Shown here: positions 15,001 to 21,126 of the stretch, one piece after another
Layout of the letters: each line of letters starts with the position of its first letter
Position numbering within the stretch: the stretch's first letter is position 1
Virus record (IMG/VR): IMGVR_UViG_3300018915_000002
Direction: 5' to 3' (one strand)
Length of the DNA stretch: 44,030 bases
Source: a virus
Position numbers and translations under genes: made by a program
The notes under the pieces: generated by a model
Seen by the model: only the letters and a program-made list of their open reading frames with translations
Databases searched by the model: none
What the model was told of the DNA's origin: nothing

Positions 15001-18000
15001 CTTAAAGATGATGTCCGGAAGTTTGTGACTCAGTTTAGTGAGGGCATGACGGACTTAGGGCGGGCGTTGCGACGATTGGTCGGAGCAATACTCGATGTCT
15101 TTGCCCCTCAGCTTAAGCCTGCACTCAAAAGCGTGATTGCTGATTTTGAGAGTTTTGCCTCCCTGATGCGCTTTGCCGTGGTGGACTTGGTTTCCACCGT
15201 GGTTGAGAGAATGCAACAAATGTACAAGGCAGTGACGGCAAATTCACCTTTTGAGTTAATGGAGAAGGGGTTTAGGAAGGTGAGGCAAGCTGCTAAGTCC
15301 TTCGGCAAGGCATTGCAGCAGTTAGCTGTCTCTACGGGACTTGCTCAGGCACTAGAGCCAGTAGCGGCAGCCCTGGCTCCGATCGCCAGATGGCTTGGAA
15401 TCACGTCAAAGAACGCCAAGACAGTGGGGCAAGCGTTTAGGGAGTCGGGGACTGCTATTTCTTCCACGTTGGCAGACGTGAGGGTGCAGGTTCAAGGGTT
15501 CTTTGGAGGCTTAGCAACACAAGCGAGAGAGTCTGCTGAACAGCTTGTCATTTACTACCGTGCAGCACTAGATGACTTAGCCCAACGCATTCGATCCTCT
15601 TTCCCCTTCCAGATCCTAGAGGGCGGATTTAAGAGAGTGCAGGAAATCGGTTCGGCTGCATTAGCCACAATCCAAGCCAAAGCAGAACAGGTTGGGGCAG
15701 CATTCCGCCACGTCTTGGTTGCCCTCAAATTAGATGTCCCGTTTGACCAAGGAGTTGCCTCAGCTCAAAAGTTTGGAGATCAGTCAGTCATCATCATTGA
15801 CTGGGCGCTCACCACGATGCGGAAGAGGATTGAGCAGGTAACAGACTGGATCAGGCAACAGTTTTCTGCCCTAGGAGATGCGATGGCTAACGCGATCGCC
15901 CAAGCCGTAGCGAAAGTCAACACAACGTTCTCAGGGATTGGGGATGGATTTAAAGCCTCCCTAGAACAGATGGCGGGTCAAGTTGACACAGTAATGGGTT
16001 CTGTTAAAGCCTATGCCTCCAAGGTCATGCTCCCTTACGCACCAATTATTGATGCACTAAAAGACGTGTTTGCTGCACTTCAAAAGATTGCGGGAGCGCT
16101 CGCTGGATTAATTGGTGATATTACTGTCTTTGGTCTCAAGGTTGACACCATCGTCACCGAGGTCATTCTTAACTTTGGCAAAGCAACCTTTGCCATCATG
16201 GATCTTGTCGGGAAGGTTCTTACTCCTTTTGGTTTGATGGGCATTCTCACCGCCCTTGTTAATATCGCTGGGGCAGTCAAAGACTTGATTGTCAATTTCG
16301 GCAAACTGGTGGGCGAAGCGGTTCCAGTCCTAGGGGCATTGGGTAACGCAATTAAAGACTTACTATTAATCCCCTTAGAAGCGATTGGTTCTGTTTGGAA
16401 TAATACGATAGGTAAGATCCAAAGCTCGATGGCAGGGCTTACCAAGAAATCCAAATCCGAGGGAGAGCAGATTGCAGAAGCAGTGGGAGAAGCCCCAGCC
16501 CAAAAATCTCGGCAGTTCTGGAAGCGTAATGCTAAAGGGGTTCAAGCTGACGTTGAAGTGCTAACCGAGGAACTAAAGGTTGAGGGGAAGGAAATTGAAT
16601 CTGCGATAGGAGAGGTGCCAGCCCGTAAATCCTGGCTGCATTGGAAGCGCACTACTCAAGCCATTCAGTCTGAAGTTGAAGCACTCACCGAAGATCTCAA
16701 GATTGAAGGGCATGAGATTCAAGCCGCTATATCAGAAGGTTCTCCTGGAACAACCAAGTGGATACGTCATCACTGGAAAAGGACGGGTGACTTCATCCGT
16801 AGCCAGATAGAAGATGTTGCCTCGGTCGCGAAGGGACAAGGAAAGGCTATTCAAGACGAACTTTCAATTCCTGCTGATAAAGCAAAGAAACGCTCTATCA
16901 ATACCCGCGAATTGTATTCCAAGCAAAATATTGAAATAGTTACTCAATATGGATCAAAGGAGCAACAACAAGGCTTTAAAAATCAGATCCAGCAGATGAG
17001 AGCCTACGAAAGGCAGATACAGAAAATTAGGGTACTCAATCAACAGGGGTTATTACCTGGAGATGTAGCTCAACAGAAAGTAGACAAACTTGTAGGGAGG
17101 TATCGTGAAGCCGGAGCCGAAGCCAGAGCTTTATTAGAGCAACTTCAGTCTGGATCTAATGTAGGGGTACAACAGAACCAGCAAGCCGAAGAGATGTCTG
17201 AGCGAAACCAGAAACTCGCGTATACTGCCCAATCCCTCTTCACCTCACTTGGCTCTGCACTATCCAACTTTGCTCCACAGTTGGCGATGCCGATATTCAT
17301 GGTGAACGATTTTATCACCGCCTTCTTCGATATCAAAAAAGCCATTCCTGAAGTCAAGGCGTTGATCCAAGGAACGGAAAGTGTTGCTGTCGCAAGCAAT
17401 ACTGCGATCGCGGTATCGGAAGCGGCTGTCGCTCAAGCGGCTGGCTCTTCAGCGATTGTCTTGGCAACAGGAGCGGCAGAAGCTGGGGCAGCAAAGGCGA
17501 CGGAAGCGACTGTTGTTGGTGGGGCAAATAGCTGGATGGCAGCAACCTATGGATTCCTTGCAACTGCTGCAAAGAGTGCCTACCGATCAATGATCGTTCC
17601 GTTGATTCCCTTCCTGCCGATGATATTGGCTGTATCAGCGGGTATCTTCCTTCTCTACAAGGCGTTCCGCACAAACTTCTCCGGTATTGGAGACGTTGTT
17701 GAGGGAGTTAGCAACTTTATTGAGGATTTCTTTGGCTTACTGTTTTCTGGGGCATGGCGAACGATTTCCTCTATCTTCCTCAATATTGAGCGTCAAATGA
17801 GGGCGATTGGTCGCACCCTCAGAATGGTCGGCAATATCGTGATGGAACCGTTCCGCCCTCTCTTTGCTGCCTTTGGCATCTCTGGGCAACGCTCAGTACT
17901 GGGGAACGCGATGGTGGCGACAGTTAACCTCATCCTCCTCCCTCTGAAGTTGGTTGCAGGAGCGATTAACCTCATCATTAGCCTGCTCGGTGGCTTTATC

Positions 18001-21000
18001 CGAGGAGGCATTGTAATTGGGGGCATTATCCTCAACTTCATTCTGCTCCCCATTCGGCTAATCAACGCCACGATTTACGGCATCTCGATGGGTTTCCATT
18101 CCGCCATGATGGGTGTAAATCAAGCCGTCAACAACCTTCTCCTTATGCCATTGAGTATTGCCATTGGGGTGGCATACGAGGTGGCATCGGCGATCGCGCA
18201 AGTTGGACAAACCATCACGAGGTTTATACTTGCGCCCTTCTTCGCGATTCAAAATGCCATCATGAGGGCGATTAGTCCGGTCGTGGACTTTGTGATGCGA
18301 TCAATTGGAATGATTGCTGGGGCTGCCGCCATCATCTTCACCGTACTGAATCCCGGACTTGTTATCGGGACGTTCATTGCCTTTGTTACCGGAGCAACAC
18401 TTGCTGCACGAGCCATTCAATTTATCCTCGGACTGCCACTTAAGGCGATCGCATTCTTATGGAAAAATACAGTCGGCAAGATTTTAGGCATTACCCAAGG
18501 ATTTGTAGAATCAACAAAAGGCTTTGGAGAACAGCTTAAGATCTTCCTCACTGATCCTACGGCTGCAATTCGAGAAAGCTGGAAGTCAACGATTGAATAT
18601 ATTCAATCCAAGTTATCTGAGCTTGGTATTACAGCGAGGGCAGAAGGACAAGATGTTGCCCGCTCACTAACGCAGGCCCTCCCTGGCACTCAAACGCCCA
18701 GACTACTTGCAGGGACAACGACTCCACCTGCACCGAGGATTTCTCCAGCTCCTCAGCTTGATGCCCATCTGCAAATGTTGGGGTTGAAGCAAGCGCCTCA
18801 AGATATGGCTGAGTTGAAGAGAGCTTATCGTCAGCAATCTAAAATAGCTCATCCAGATGCAGGTGGGGATGCAGAGCAATTCCATCGGGTGCAGAATGCC
18901 TATGATCAACTCAAGGCAAATATGGAATCTCCAACACGGAGTTCCGTGGTAGACACCGCCCCAATTGAACAGGTAGCGAACAAGGTTGGAACTTTATCAG
19001 AACGGATGAGGGGTTTAGGCTCCGGTTTCGGCTCAACTCTTTCCTCAATGGGTGGTGCCATTTCAAACTTCTCCCCTCAACTTGCCGCGCCATTTTTCAT
19101 CCTGAGTGACTTTATCGATGCGATATTGAGCGTAGAGGGCTTGTTACCAGGATTAAAGGCTTTCTTCGCCGGGAAGAAGGCAGCAGCCGTTGCTGATGCG
19201 GCTGTAACGACGGCTGCTAATGGTGCGATCGCATCCTCCAATCTACTTGTTGCTGGCACTTCCGCTTCTACGGCATTAACGGTTACGACGGGAGCCGCGA
19301 CTTCCGCGACTGCGGTAACAACGGAAGCGACGGCGGTGGGAGGAGCCAACAGTTTTATGGCGGCGACGTATGGAATGTTGGCAAATGCCGCACGTTGGGC
19401 TTATAGCCAAATCCTGCTACCGATCCTGCCCCTACTTCCTGCGATATTGGCAATTGTTGCAGTAGTAGGTCTTCTTTACCTCGCATTCAAGACCAATTTT
19501 CTTGGGATTGGAGATGTTATCCGAGGGGTGGTAGGCGGATTCCTCATGGTATTCGGCGTGGTCTGGGGAGTGATGAAAGGAGTATGGGATGCGATCGCCG
19601 AGGTGTTTGGAACCCTACTCAGTTCGTTTGGCGAGATCTTTTCGGCACTGAAAGAACTGGTGGGTGCGATCATGGCTCCCTTCGCTCCTCTGTTTGCGCT
19701 GTTTGGAGGAAGTGGATCAGGGGGTGGCTCACTAGGCGATGCGATTAATGCGACGGTAAAACTCATCCTTCTTCCCGTTAAACTGGTTGCTGATGCTCTG
19801 TCTTGGGTAATTCGAGCCATTACCTTCTTAGTGGTTGGAGCGATCAAGCTAGGTACAGCAATCGTCACCAAAGTTCTTAGCCCCATCACCCAAGCACTAA
19901 GCTTCCTTGCACCTGTGGTTCGACTGATTCGGACGGTCTTAGGGGGTATTGTCGGTGTAACCGCAGGCGTTGTCGTCCTGATTGGATTAATTGGCTTTAT
20001 TGCAACCGTACTCGTTCCTTTAATTGTTGCTGGGGCTACAGCGTTATTCGGCATGGTCATCTCTGGGATGACGTTTTTGATTACGGCAGCCATCCCGGTA
20101 CTGATTCAGGGATTGATTACAGTCGCAACAGTTGCGATACCACTACTGATTAATGCCTTCTTGTTCATTGCGACTGTGGCGATACCTGCAATTATTAGCG
20201 GATTGATTGCGATCGCCACCACTGCCATCCCACTAATCATGGCCGTTTTATCTGGCTTCATCCCCTTTGTTATGGCGGGATTTGCGTTTATCATCACAAC
20301 GATCATCCCTGCTGTTGTCGCTGGATTAGTATTCATCGCCACAGTGGCGATACCAGCAATCATCAGTGGAGTTATCGCCCTAGCTACTGCCGCTATCCCA
20401 TTACTGATTACATTCGCCCCAATCATCCTTGCAGTGCTAGCTATTGTTGCTGCGGTGTGGCTCTTAAAAATAGCCTTTGACTTTGTGTTCAAGAAGATTG
20501 CGGAATTCATTCCTTTTGCCGTGCAAGGATTTCAGCGTATTGCACCAATTATCCTGAGTCCGTTTGTGAAGTTATGGGAGTTGATTAAAAATGTCATCAG
20601 CGGGATTGGCAGCTTTTTTGGCAACATCGTTTCAGGTGTTAAAAACTTCTTCCAGAACATACCCTTAGTTGGTCGGTTATTTGGAGGAGGGCAATCAAAT
20701 GAAGGAAAAAATGAGTCCAATATTCAAGAGTTTGCAGGTGGAGGTTTAGTACAAGGACCAGGGGGGCAAGCCGTCCCAGTGGTTGCTCACGCTGGAGAGT
20801 TTGTTGTTAATCCAGAGGCAACTCGCCTAAACATAGGGGTACTAGAATACCTGAACGAAGGTGGGCAGTTAGCACTACCAACTCCTGGCGTGGGCATTAT
20901 GCCACCGATGCCCTTGATACTGCCTATTCCAGTTATTGTGCCAGTGGAGGGAGCAGGTAGTGGGACAACAGTGATAGTTGAGAATTTGAATGTAAACTTT

Positions 21001-21126
21001 ACAATAAATCTCAGTGCCGATAGTGCAAGGGAAGCAGGTAATGAATTCCTGCGCTATATCGAAGACCCACGGTTCAAGAGGGCAGTACGACAGGCATTAC
21101 GTGAATCAGTTGAGACAATGAAATGA
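1..21126 (+). CDS. Giant phage tail tape-measure protein (>7,000 aa, 5'-truncated by the window)
   Basis: Frame is open from base 1; the track start at 37 is an internal TTG. N-terminal segment resembles the TP901/PhageMin_Tail core (TTGAATQLNITLGSIY...QIAAFSAAVSALG...AAGSFFNRF). Long Ala/Gly/Ile-rich amphipathic and hydrophobic stretches with periodic Trp. C-terminal FAGGGLVQGP...VVAHAGEFVVN motif typical of TMPs. Confidence 0.9.
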   Translation, partial: AEVNQILKNKSALDITTGAATQLNITLGSIYKKSLPQYAGGVVEVNARAASAINDLTDRLEDVRISAEDVIPVMNVVMNTIGDAANFPVDQIAAFSAAVSALGTIEPEAAGSFFNRFSAAVSKGPGAYVDNLGYGTLDAFNEAINTDKLGVVIRIAETYKSINGELERGKFLGKGGLGLGSAQDQKLIQGLANNIEVLNKARGVARQGFYGEAGEDLSVQAEFSRVMQTSSFQAERFTRATEALKHTLGLAIQEALTPVMEILSNIVQMVLTLTQKFPGITKAIALTAVALGGLATAAGTAGVVLFGLEQAGAVASVAMISMQRSMLPLTGFFATAQTALAATNPLETFFRSNTKLAADFGRAATGNFEETTTGLQILGRQAINTGRAVFAFSRSLLLSPFGVAIGSFILLNTLVEQVVPGLNLFGVVLGAIAAPFGFIWGVIKGITESFLSFLGLTGSGAMSAIAPMFQTISNAISMAAQSFTLFASSGERVGRALGNAILFPFEFAARKIVSVWNATLGAIRNLLRPFADFVQRVGQMLIGFLAEASPGPTYWIRRKWVATVQFLQGLFQPLLNVATFVGSALNSALSPVTRLFAKRTLDIGVQENKLQEDEVGDLLESLIAKKLGAQSIADPAVSKQIIGTLRQVDFSDSNKEIVAQITKAAQDISLGKVKSAGVDSFISPFTLRFADIKSNWGMTSESITQGIRSLVGVAQVEGHSLQSALSEASPGPTYWIRQKWSMTVQFLQGLFVRLGQMAGTVKNSLVSMAPAIAQALPTVVQLGALAARFAGLINPMALLAISTSVFLFKGILKAVNGSVEEAIPTIANTLTIGLAAIAGRAWAYGIITPIQGMAAIGGGIIGNLLAKGIIQHFDQIKSTLQNVIYAVREAAVYIKGQISSLFTAVLPQLPNAVSIATVLAELSGIINPIQGLAIAIGNTIFGGIVESMGKSLDEVIPIFIRRFSLIAAFGGFLAQRLNFIQPLQARIIAGIAVMTGLSTLYFKSFSIDVTNIWHSTIQAIQGDLQALAGIAKNIGLLLISFLAEASPGPTYWIREKWGMTIEFLQGLFRRIAAAASVVNQAFLSIGDVTADQRMVARQAIFEGIILTLVSGIKSLFYVGRALTWVYDNLQRVVNNAIANFDLLGFSLLTVASLPATMVPLLREGFEQVIPELALLAEHGIPRAIVFGLPGAIAIAMSSGLVKGFEQGFANYVAGMPARSAAFSHAVYGMFNQGLKSAVNQGLSEGVTAFVRALPDELGGRSDFTFNFDFDAAYAAYEEQRNARTLALVSYLQQVGTVANEVGAQLQAAFAPILSFQFGGVPVIPFFSVIIPFRNALLELATSPAIQGFILFLSGTVLPTVARTLAAIATTIGFIFNTFVTLPVAAAINVLTREAVAATRAVIQAGLTFVTAIPALVGQAVVMLAAKVVEMIATTLARIPYIGQAVSQAFLSSISFLVATSQVYFQLLTRSFQRFTTQIWTLLGPTYQRLATEIFQGIVYGFQQGVRPAAAIVGRLVAGIFDPRTIGRFLSLYIRTGGFRQIFKPGLFAINPIDIFFGGIPGISKSMRWLALALFRIQFPVDVISKKTEEVVQIFALQSDRIQAELMSKRLDRTILVPLETIIKSQPAIGRFFLEVYRGILLINPLSQILGRIALTTLFWYSVLKPITPEMFRAIEATEFLGVSLAPVANILRGMRFVFVDLGEGFLKFVKSIPPFIRATQRLFNLLGTITGVIVHEAVGITSILLNIFKATFGNLLIVASIGFAGLLDLALINLRNWASFLRLKTQQYGDAIVAALHGHFGPLVHQIFSDIAQGVTIVFQRTVGAAARAIASVAVNTFRLLSAIGEETIRFIRDPYNESIRLAGLFQAWVNDTFGGIAQTINTYIRQLQLDRLARFLGNYWIQLAAIADVLLLVTGVLNPLQFVISALIGLGLFLVNEYRTGFQTLDALIAGLANPIEFVTNAINTMIGALGVYIPPELTEFIGGVTEQFVKSLPIIAGGVFLLALLIRRNIGQAFQDVVGGVMKIVGGVMQAVDATRIFGGVIRDTASSAQVQTQVGAQVHQVRRKESVLGIRNPFAYSQNEDQQRRATMLGDERVSKSRAALRYQDEINKSLEKITKEEEAEVKRLARSRNARDQIMAFGGKLQRPDGFSYDVAPLLEKKKGLFGLERLELSETGRARVAEEARRKITSQDSDIAKQTRMRAAMDSGLATSFVKHGGTIPPDEVLRTLAQQGDYGVTNLLGAFQKAMENLHVQDFQVDKLYVAEFSRPRNFPTQTPYSPAAFDNQLNKFQSDPKYQKEEVIKKGVSSRGLENLFSKELAAAHTQMKSAAYFATDLTASLTNAFSDLPIASDKEMSEYAKRLAGKMNKNEEFVKEQNIIINELIQKQFKQIVKAVPDFSKMEESNLAALKEVQRNVEGFHPVATNTDVLTQAVRNVAGQTQSEVDQLNKTRRSFFSSLFGFTGIPQLIENFQYNRRLFRRSQRIARRVEEMATEENKERGATASARQRGLEALMSNAGYRFPDQSVQFYAAKQINAQEQAFIESWIKNRNFKVDVTQHEAFRPQVDKILANFKQLSTNLTLNTIDDVKKFRQTLDEVSTQLTKEEQASFKKLEQYLLHGASDKPKGSQVSFSERDDILGAINKSIANNLKAFGITGQHKDISKANFKDLRDKYDDTVNRLTSRFVGTGEFIAQIGGKNEYIEGAYKELEKKLGLGTATGASLRQIQNIKLKNSIRQIGVNFGIFVEDTEDRVTEFRDGIYKKLDKFQDRLEATLPFPSLAPRITDLLRRPFEMISNNIETIYAAQKANIQNTVKQLRSDFVGSNLISRIDRLNKQYREAREASLQTILQSSKDERIANLARRGAATGQLGRVWEKLNKQQFTDAQSGQTVTTLMRGAMSKEAVSAMLGQELRRQGLSREQVSTEIDKVLSQFGNQTRYSVGDILKMRGLDVTKVSKALESTLSLQASEVEKIIKNPNYTARAIAPFQWFLVRDMPGIIKDAAKGFVGTINKIGGGAIAKLAGIVAKDIAVGFKGEFLNTLAKSIRTLSNRLGIGANNLALGMERIVGKNPFSDAVRGFSDFLRARGKATADFLKAQALVPDDTRSLTKLIKNRTIELFKVIGSTIQSAQAAIQAQGGGVFGAIRALFSGLKGFFGKLFNRSSNSQIAQLDNQIQQQRDRAARARERQGRAQSLTDNRVDLWVREAGQKTAQRQYDIARQADAQAARLQRQRSLTEKFSNPRYSPAGGDAARIAGSLMGRIGKTYEETATKLGQRITELRDQRTGVRSQRQGETLAGEQMYTPKSSGGWLPRNLRLDDGVVSSTEYIQSLTTKAFTKLTESAHSTTLKLSNYFKNSALRSETAWEESANHITGKSWWAMTKRAVWTGVKIVTNLNHGAADVTAAAWERSQQSVSQDMHQMAQTAQQTGQQISQSMGQAAQKSTGFLSHIGNSIGRVGKAGMAIGASVTAVGFGAQTAMYSLSTMGLISEETSQQLNKFFEIFTLIGAVGGIATPIITALATSFGAIGSLALAATTGVAAIGGAIAPLIGLGSVAFAPFLVGIAAVAAAMAGLYFAVRTNFLGIGTVVRGIGSLISNALSVPIGFIESAWQGFVDRFGSKLMPIIQPALDIAQGLINALNHNPTEKIPAAWDIAGERIKGVLDSILGAGQAVGNGLVSFFTPIVSLFNPLTSLFKKKDKQQPISTLPEVETTQESPEKGVLGSIMAAIKSLVMLPVNLIKGLADWVASVITGVIKGVITAITGPLQWAAEALRPLQMPIGQIELFFKNLVSIIQSVIYLNGVMRPLAANAISVNATINAIAQFFYSLRSLIQSVEFLYYHVFNRKALVQGMGQGEDAVDPSKGPTNRRTGNKLSGGYVETGGKAIQDLSLGEAAKESVGLFKNIMSIKENTGAVFGGFKTGLNWVGSAWQNTSRMIRGETGTLVADAEVQGYNLQKNLSEGSPGPTFWIRQNWEKTTKALQGWMGDLSGKSKEAGQDIAANLTPDPVTPTPTISPVVDSPRQATGFTALRANAIAAVNAITDEVRASYQVLQSSGIGNIGALIIPGLSQTGRSVRILSGDFWDFGKRAVVALATLNFGELSGAVKDLGGNFGYFTQGVLLGFKQMIGGAIAFGMYTVASISPFLLILGGVAFVAAVILANFLGLRTILGGAFRIGIGLGQILISVISGIVNIGRSLGMVIGGVFLAMRGDFRLLDQGIAQFKASFQEMGRGVLRGLRTIRSSISQILRGIETGITQIFPMFPAWVNQLKGVARAFRNPERAGEIAAEILIGAFNRIKKAIGVIPMLLGRIPGLFRRNLDTATTTVNQFGANIWDTVNRTYRFFRTLTFKGIVKRFTTEFRDLPQFLGRIPGQLATKIEEAIPALKAPFNYLRGFIRGFVRRLAQELPPNIVKAVSTSLQAGTAKVRLTLATLSGQLISAFRELATRLGLEERFNRMIQKVSDRWKGFTAWVKQGNLFNWVPRTTQEVSDLFVATINKIESAWNRFTKWLGVTTLFPSLFNQLERVSRGFSGLMKSLDRKWSELKIKFGVPVFTGFFESLRGLGTKFIDIISDIAGHWEKFAKPLKLPLLQNFFTEVALLGEKFNHVVSFIERKWKGLATFIYTTPLISGVMQGLEYLGSKFNELILFVQLKWKPFVKAISSAQFFPNAFKELRKLGAAIPGLKTTIQNALQDIPQTATRVFNRLTELATAAINKVKKLFSNIFGRQNVGAIEGQPNLKSPLVGAVDHIQERWERFAKSFKSILEPITGFARRVADKLIKALNCSPTVVIPNAWENAVNNITSTLQLLIEPFRRVGKFIVNTFGFAFEFVESLFSSFYKAISPGIEKILASIKRIKQGAVAADEIGSLFQGISGYLERLKNAIKPVTQLFDRFSKKMNASTAEGQQALSMGEGLGRAFGQLTIFLTKFTLQAIPPLLKVLAIIVRITVEIAVFAAKVAYALRFVINYFTRVGFSVADTIASITRFVRSTSKATDQVRGAFNKLKDDVRKFVTQFSEGMTDLGRALRRLVGAILDVFAPQLKPALKSVIADFESFASLMRFAVVDLVSTVVERMQQMYKAVTANSPFELMEKGFRKVRQAAKSFGKALQQLAVSTGLAQALEPVAAALAPIARWLGITSKNAKTVGQAFRESGTAISSTLADVRVQVQGFFGGLATQARESAEQLVIYYRAALDDLAQRIRSSFPFQILEGGFKRVQEIGSAALATIQAKAEQVGAAFRHVLVALKLDVPFDQGVASAQKFGDQSVIIIDWALTTMRKRIEQVTDWIRQQFSALGDAMANAIAQAVAKVNTTFSGIGDGFKASLEQMAGQVDTVMGSVKAYASKVMLPYAPIIDALKDVFAALQKIAGALAGLIGDITVFGLKVDTIVTEVILNFGKATFAIMDLVGKVLTPFGLMGILTALVNIAGAVKDLIVNFGKLVGEAVPVLGALGNAIKDLLLIPLEAIGSVWNNTIGKIQSSMAGLTKKSKSEGEQIAEAVGEAPAQKSRQFWKRNAKGVQADVEVLTEELKVEGKEIESAIGEVPARKSWLHWKRTTQAIQSEVEALTEDLKIEGHEIQAAISEGSPGTTKWIRHHWKRTGDFIRSQIEDVASVAKGQGKAIQDELSIPADKAKKRSINTRELYSKQNIEIVTQYGSKEQQQGFKNQIQQMRAYERQIQKIRVLNQQGLLPGDVAQQKVDKLVGRYREAGAEARALLEQLQSGSNVGVQQNQQAEEMSERNQKLAYTAQSLFTSLGSALSNFAPQLAMPIFMVNDFITAFFDIKKAIPEVKALIQGTESVAVASNTAIAVSEAAVAQAAGSSAIVLATGAAEAGAAKATEATVVGGANSWMAATYGFLATAAKSAYRSMIVPLIPFLPMILAVSAGIFLLYKAFRTNFSGIGDVVEGVSNFIEDFFGLLFSGAWRTISSIFLNIERQMRAIGRTLRMVGNIVMEPFRPLFAAFGISGQRSVLGNAMVATVNLILLPLKLVAGAINLIISLLGGFIRGGIVIGGIILNFILLPIRLINATIYGISMGFHSAMMGVNQAVNNLLLMPLSIAIGVAYEVASAIAQVGQTITRFILAPFFAIQNAIMRAISPVVDFVMRSIGMIAGAAAIIFTVLNPGLVIGTFIAFVTGATLAARAIQFILGLPLKAIAFLWKNTVGKILGITQGFVESTKGFGEQLKIFLTDPTAAIRESWKSTIEYIQSKLSELGITARAEGQDVARSLTQALPGTQTPRLLAGTTTPPAPRISPAPQLDAHLQMLGLKQAPQDMAELKRAYRQQSKIAHPDAGGDAEQFHRVQNAYDQLKANMESPTRSSVVDTAPIEQVANKVGTLSERMRGLGSGFGSTLSSMGGAISNFSPQLAAPFFILSDFIDAILSVEGLLPGLKAFFAGKKAAAVADAAVTTAANGAIASSNLLVAGTSASTALTVTTGAATSATAVTTEATAVGGANSFMAATYGMLANAARWAYSQILLPILPLLPAILAIVAVVGLLYLAFKTNFLGIGDVIRGVVGGFLMVFGVVWGVMKGVWDAIAEVFGTLLSSFGEIFSALKELVGAIMAPFAPLFALFGGSGSGGGSLGDAINATVKLILLPVKLVADALSWVIRAITFLVVGAIKLGTAIVTKVLSPITQALSFLAPVVRLIRTVLGGIVGVTAGVVVLIGLIGFIATVLVPLIVAGATALFGMVISGMTFLITAAIPVLIQGLITVATVAIPLLINAFLFIATVAIPAIISGLIAIATTAIPLIMAVLSGFIPFVMAGFAFIITTIIPAVVAGLVFIATVAIPAIISGVIALATAAIPLLITFAPIILAVLAIVAAVWLLKIAFDFVFKKIAEFIPFAVQGFQRIAPIILSPFVKLWELIKNVISGIGSFFGNIVSGVKNFFQNIPLVGRLFGGGQSNEGKNESNIQEFAGGGLVQGPGGQAVPVVAHAGEFVVNPEATRLNIGVLEYLNEGGQLALPTPGVGIMPPMPLILPIPVIVPVEGAGSGTTVIVENLNVNFTINLSADSAREAGNEFLRYIEDPRFKRAVRQALRESVETMK
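1639..3161 (+). repeat. Three identical 32-bp in-frame repeats GAAGCGTCTCCGGGTCCCACTTACTGGATTCG (1639-1670, 2179-2210, 3130-3161) encoding EASPGPTYWIR
   Basis: Read directly. Diverged copies at 11875-11906 (EGSPGPTFWIR) and ~16735 (EGSPGTTKWIR). Confidence 0.95.
8259..8272. repeat. Palindrome CACGGAGTTCCGTG (in TMP)
   Basis: Perfect CACGGAnnTCCGTG. Confidence 0.85.
13065..13078. repeat. Palindrome CACGGAATTCCGTG (in TMP)
   Basis: Perfect consensus. Confidence 0.85.
18766..18915 (+). other. DnaJ-type J-domain embedded in the tape-measure protein
   Basis: HLQMLGLKQAPQDMAELKRAYRQQSKIAHPDAGGDAEQFHRVQNAYDQLK has the canonical LG..ELKRAYR..HPD..GG..F..V..AY pattern; HPD at 18850-18858. Confidence 0.9.
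18935..18948. repeat. Palindrome CACGGAGTTCCGTG (in TMP)
   Basis: Perfect consensus, read in a different frame from 8259/13065. Confidence 0.85.

Noticed and set aside
90-20720. Dozens of 60-205-aa ORFs antisense or out of frame within the TMP
   Set aside because: Shadow ORFs of a long biased coding sequence; no recognisable motifs.
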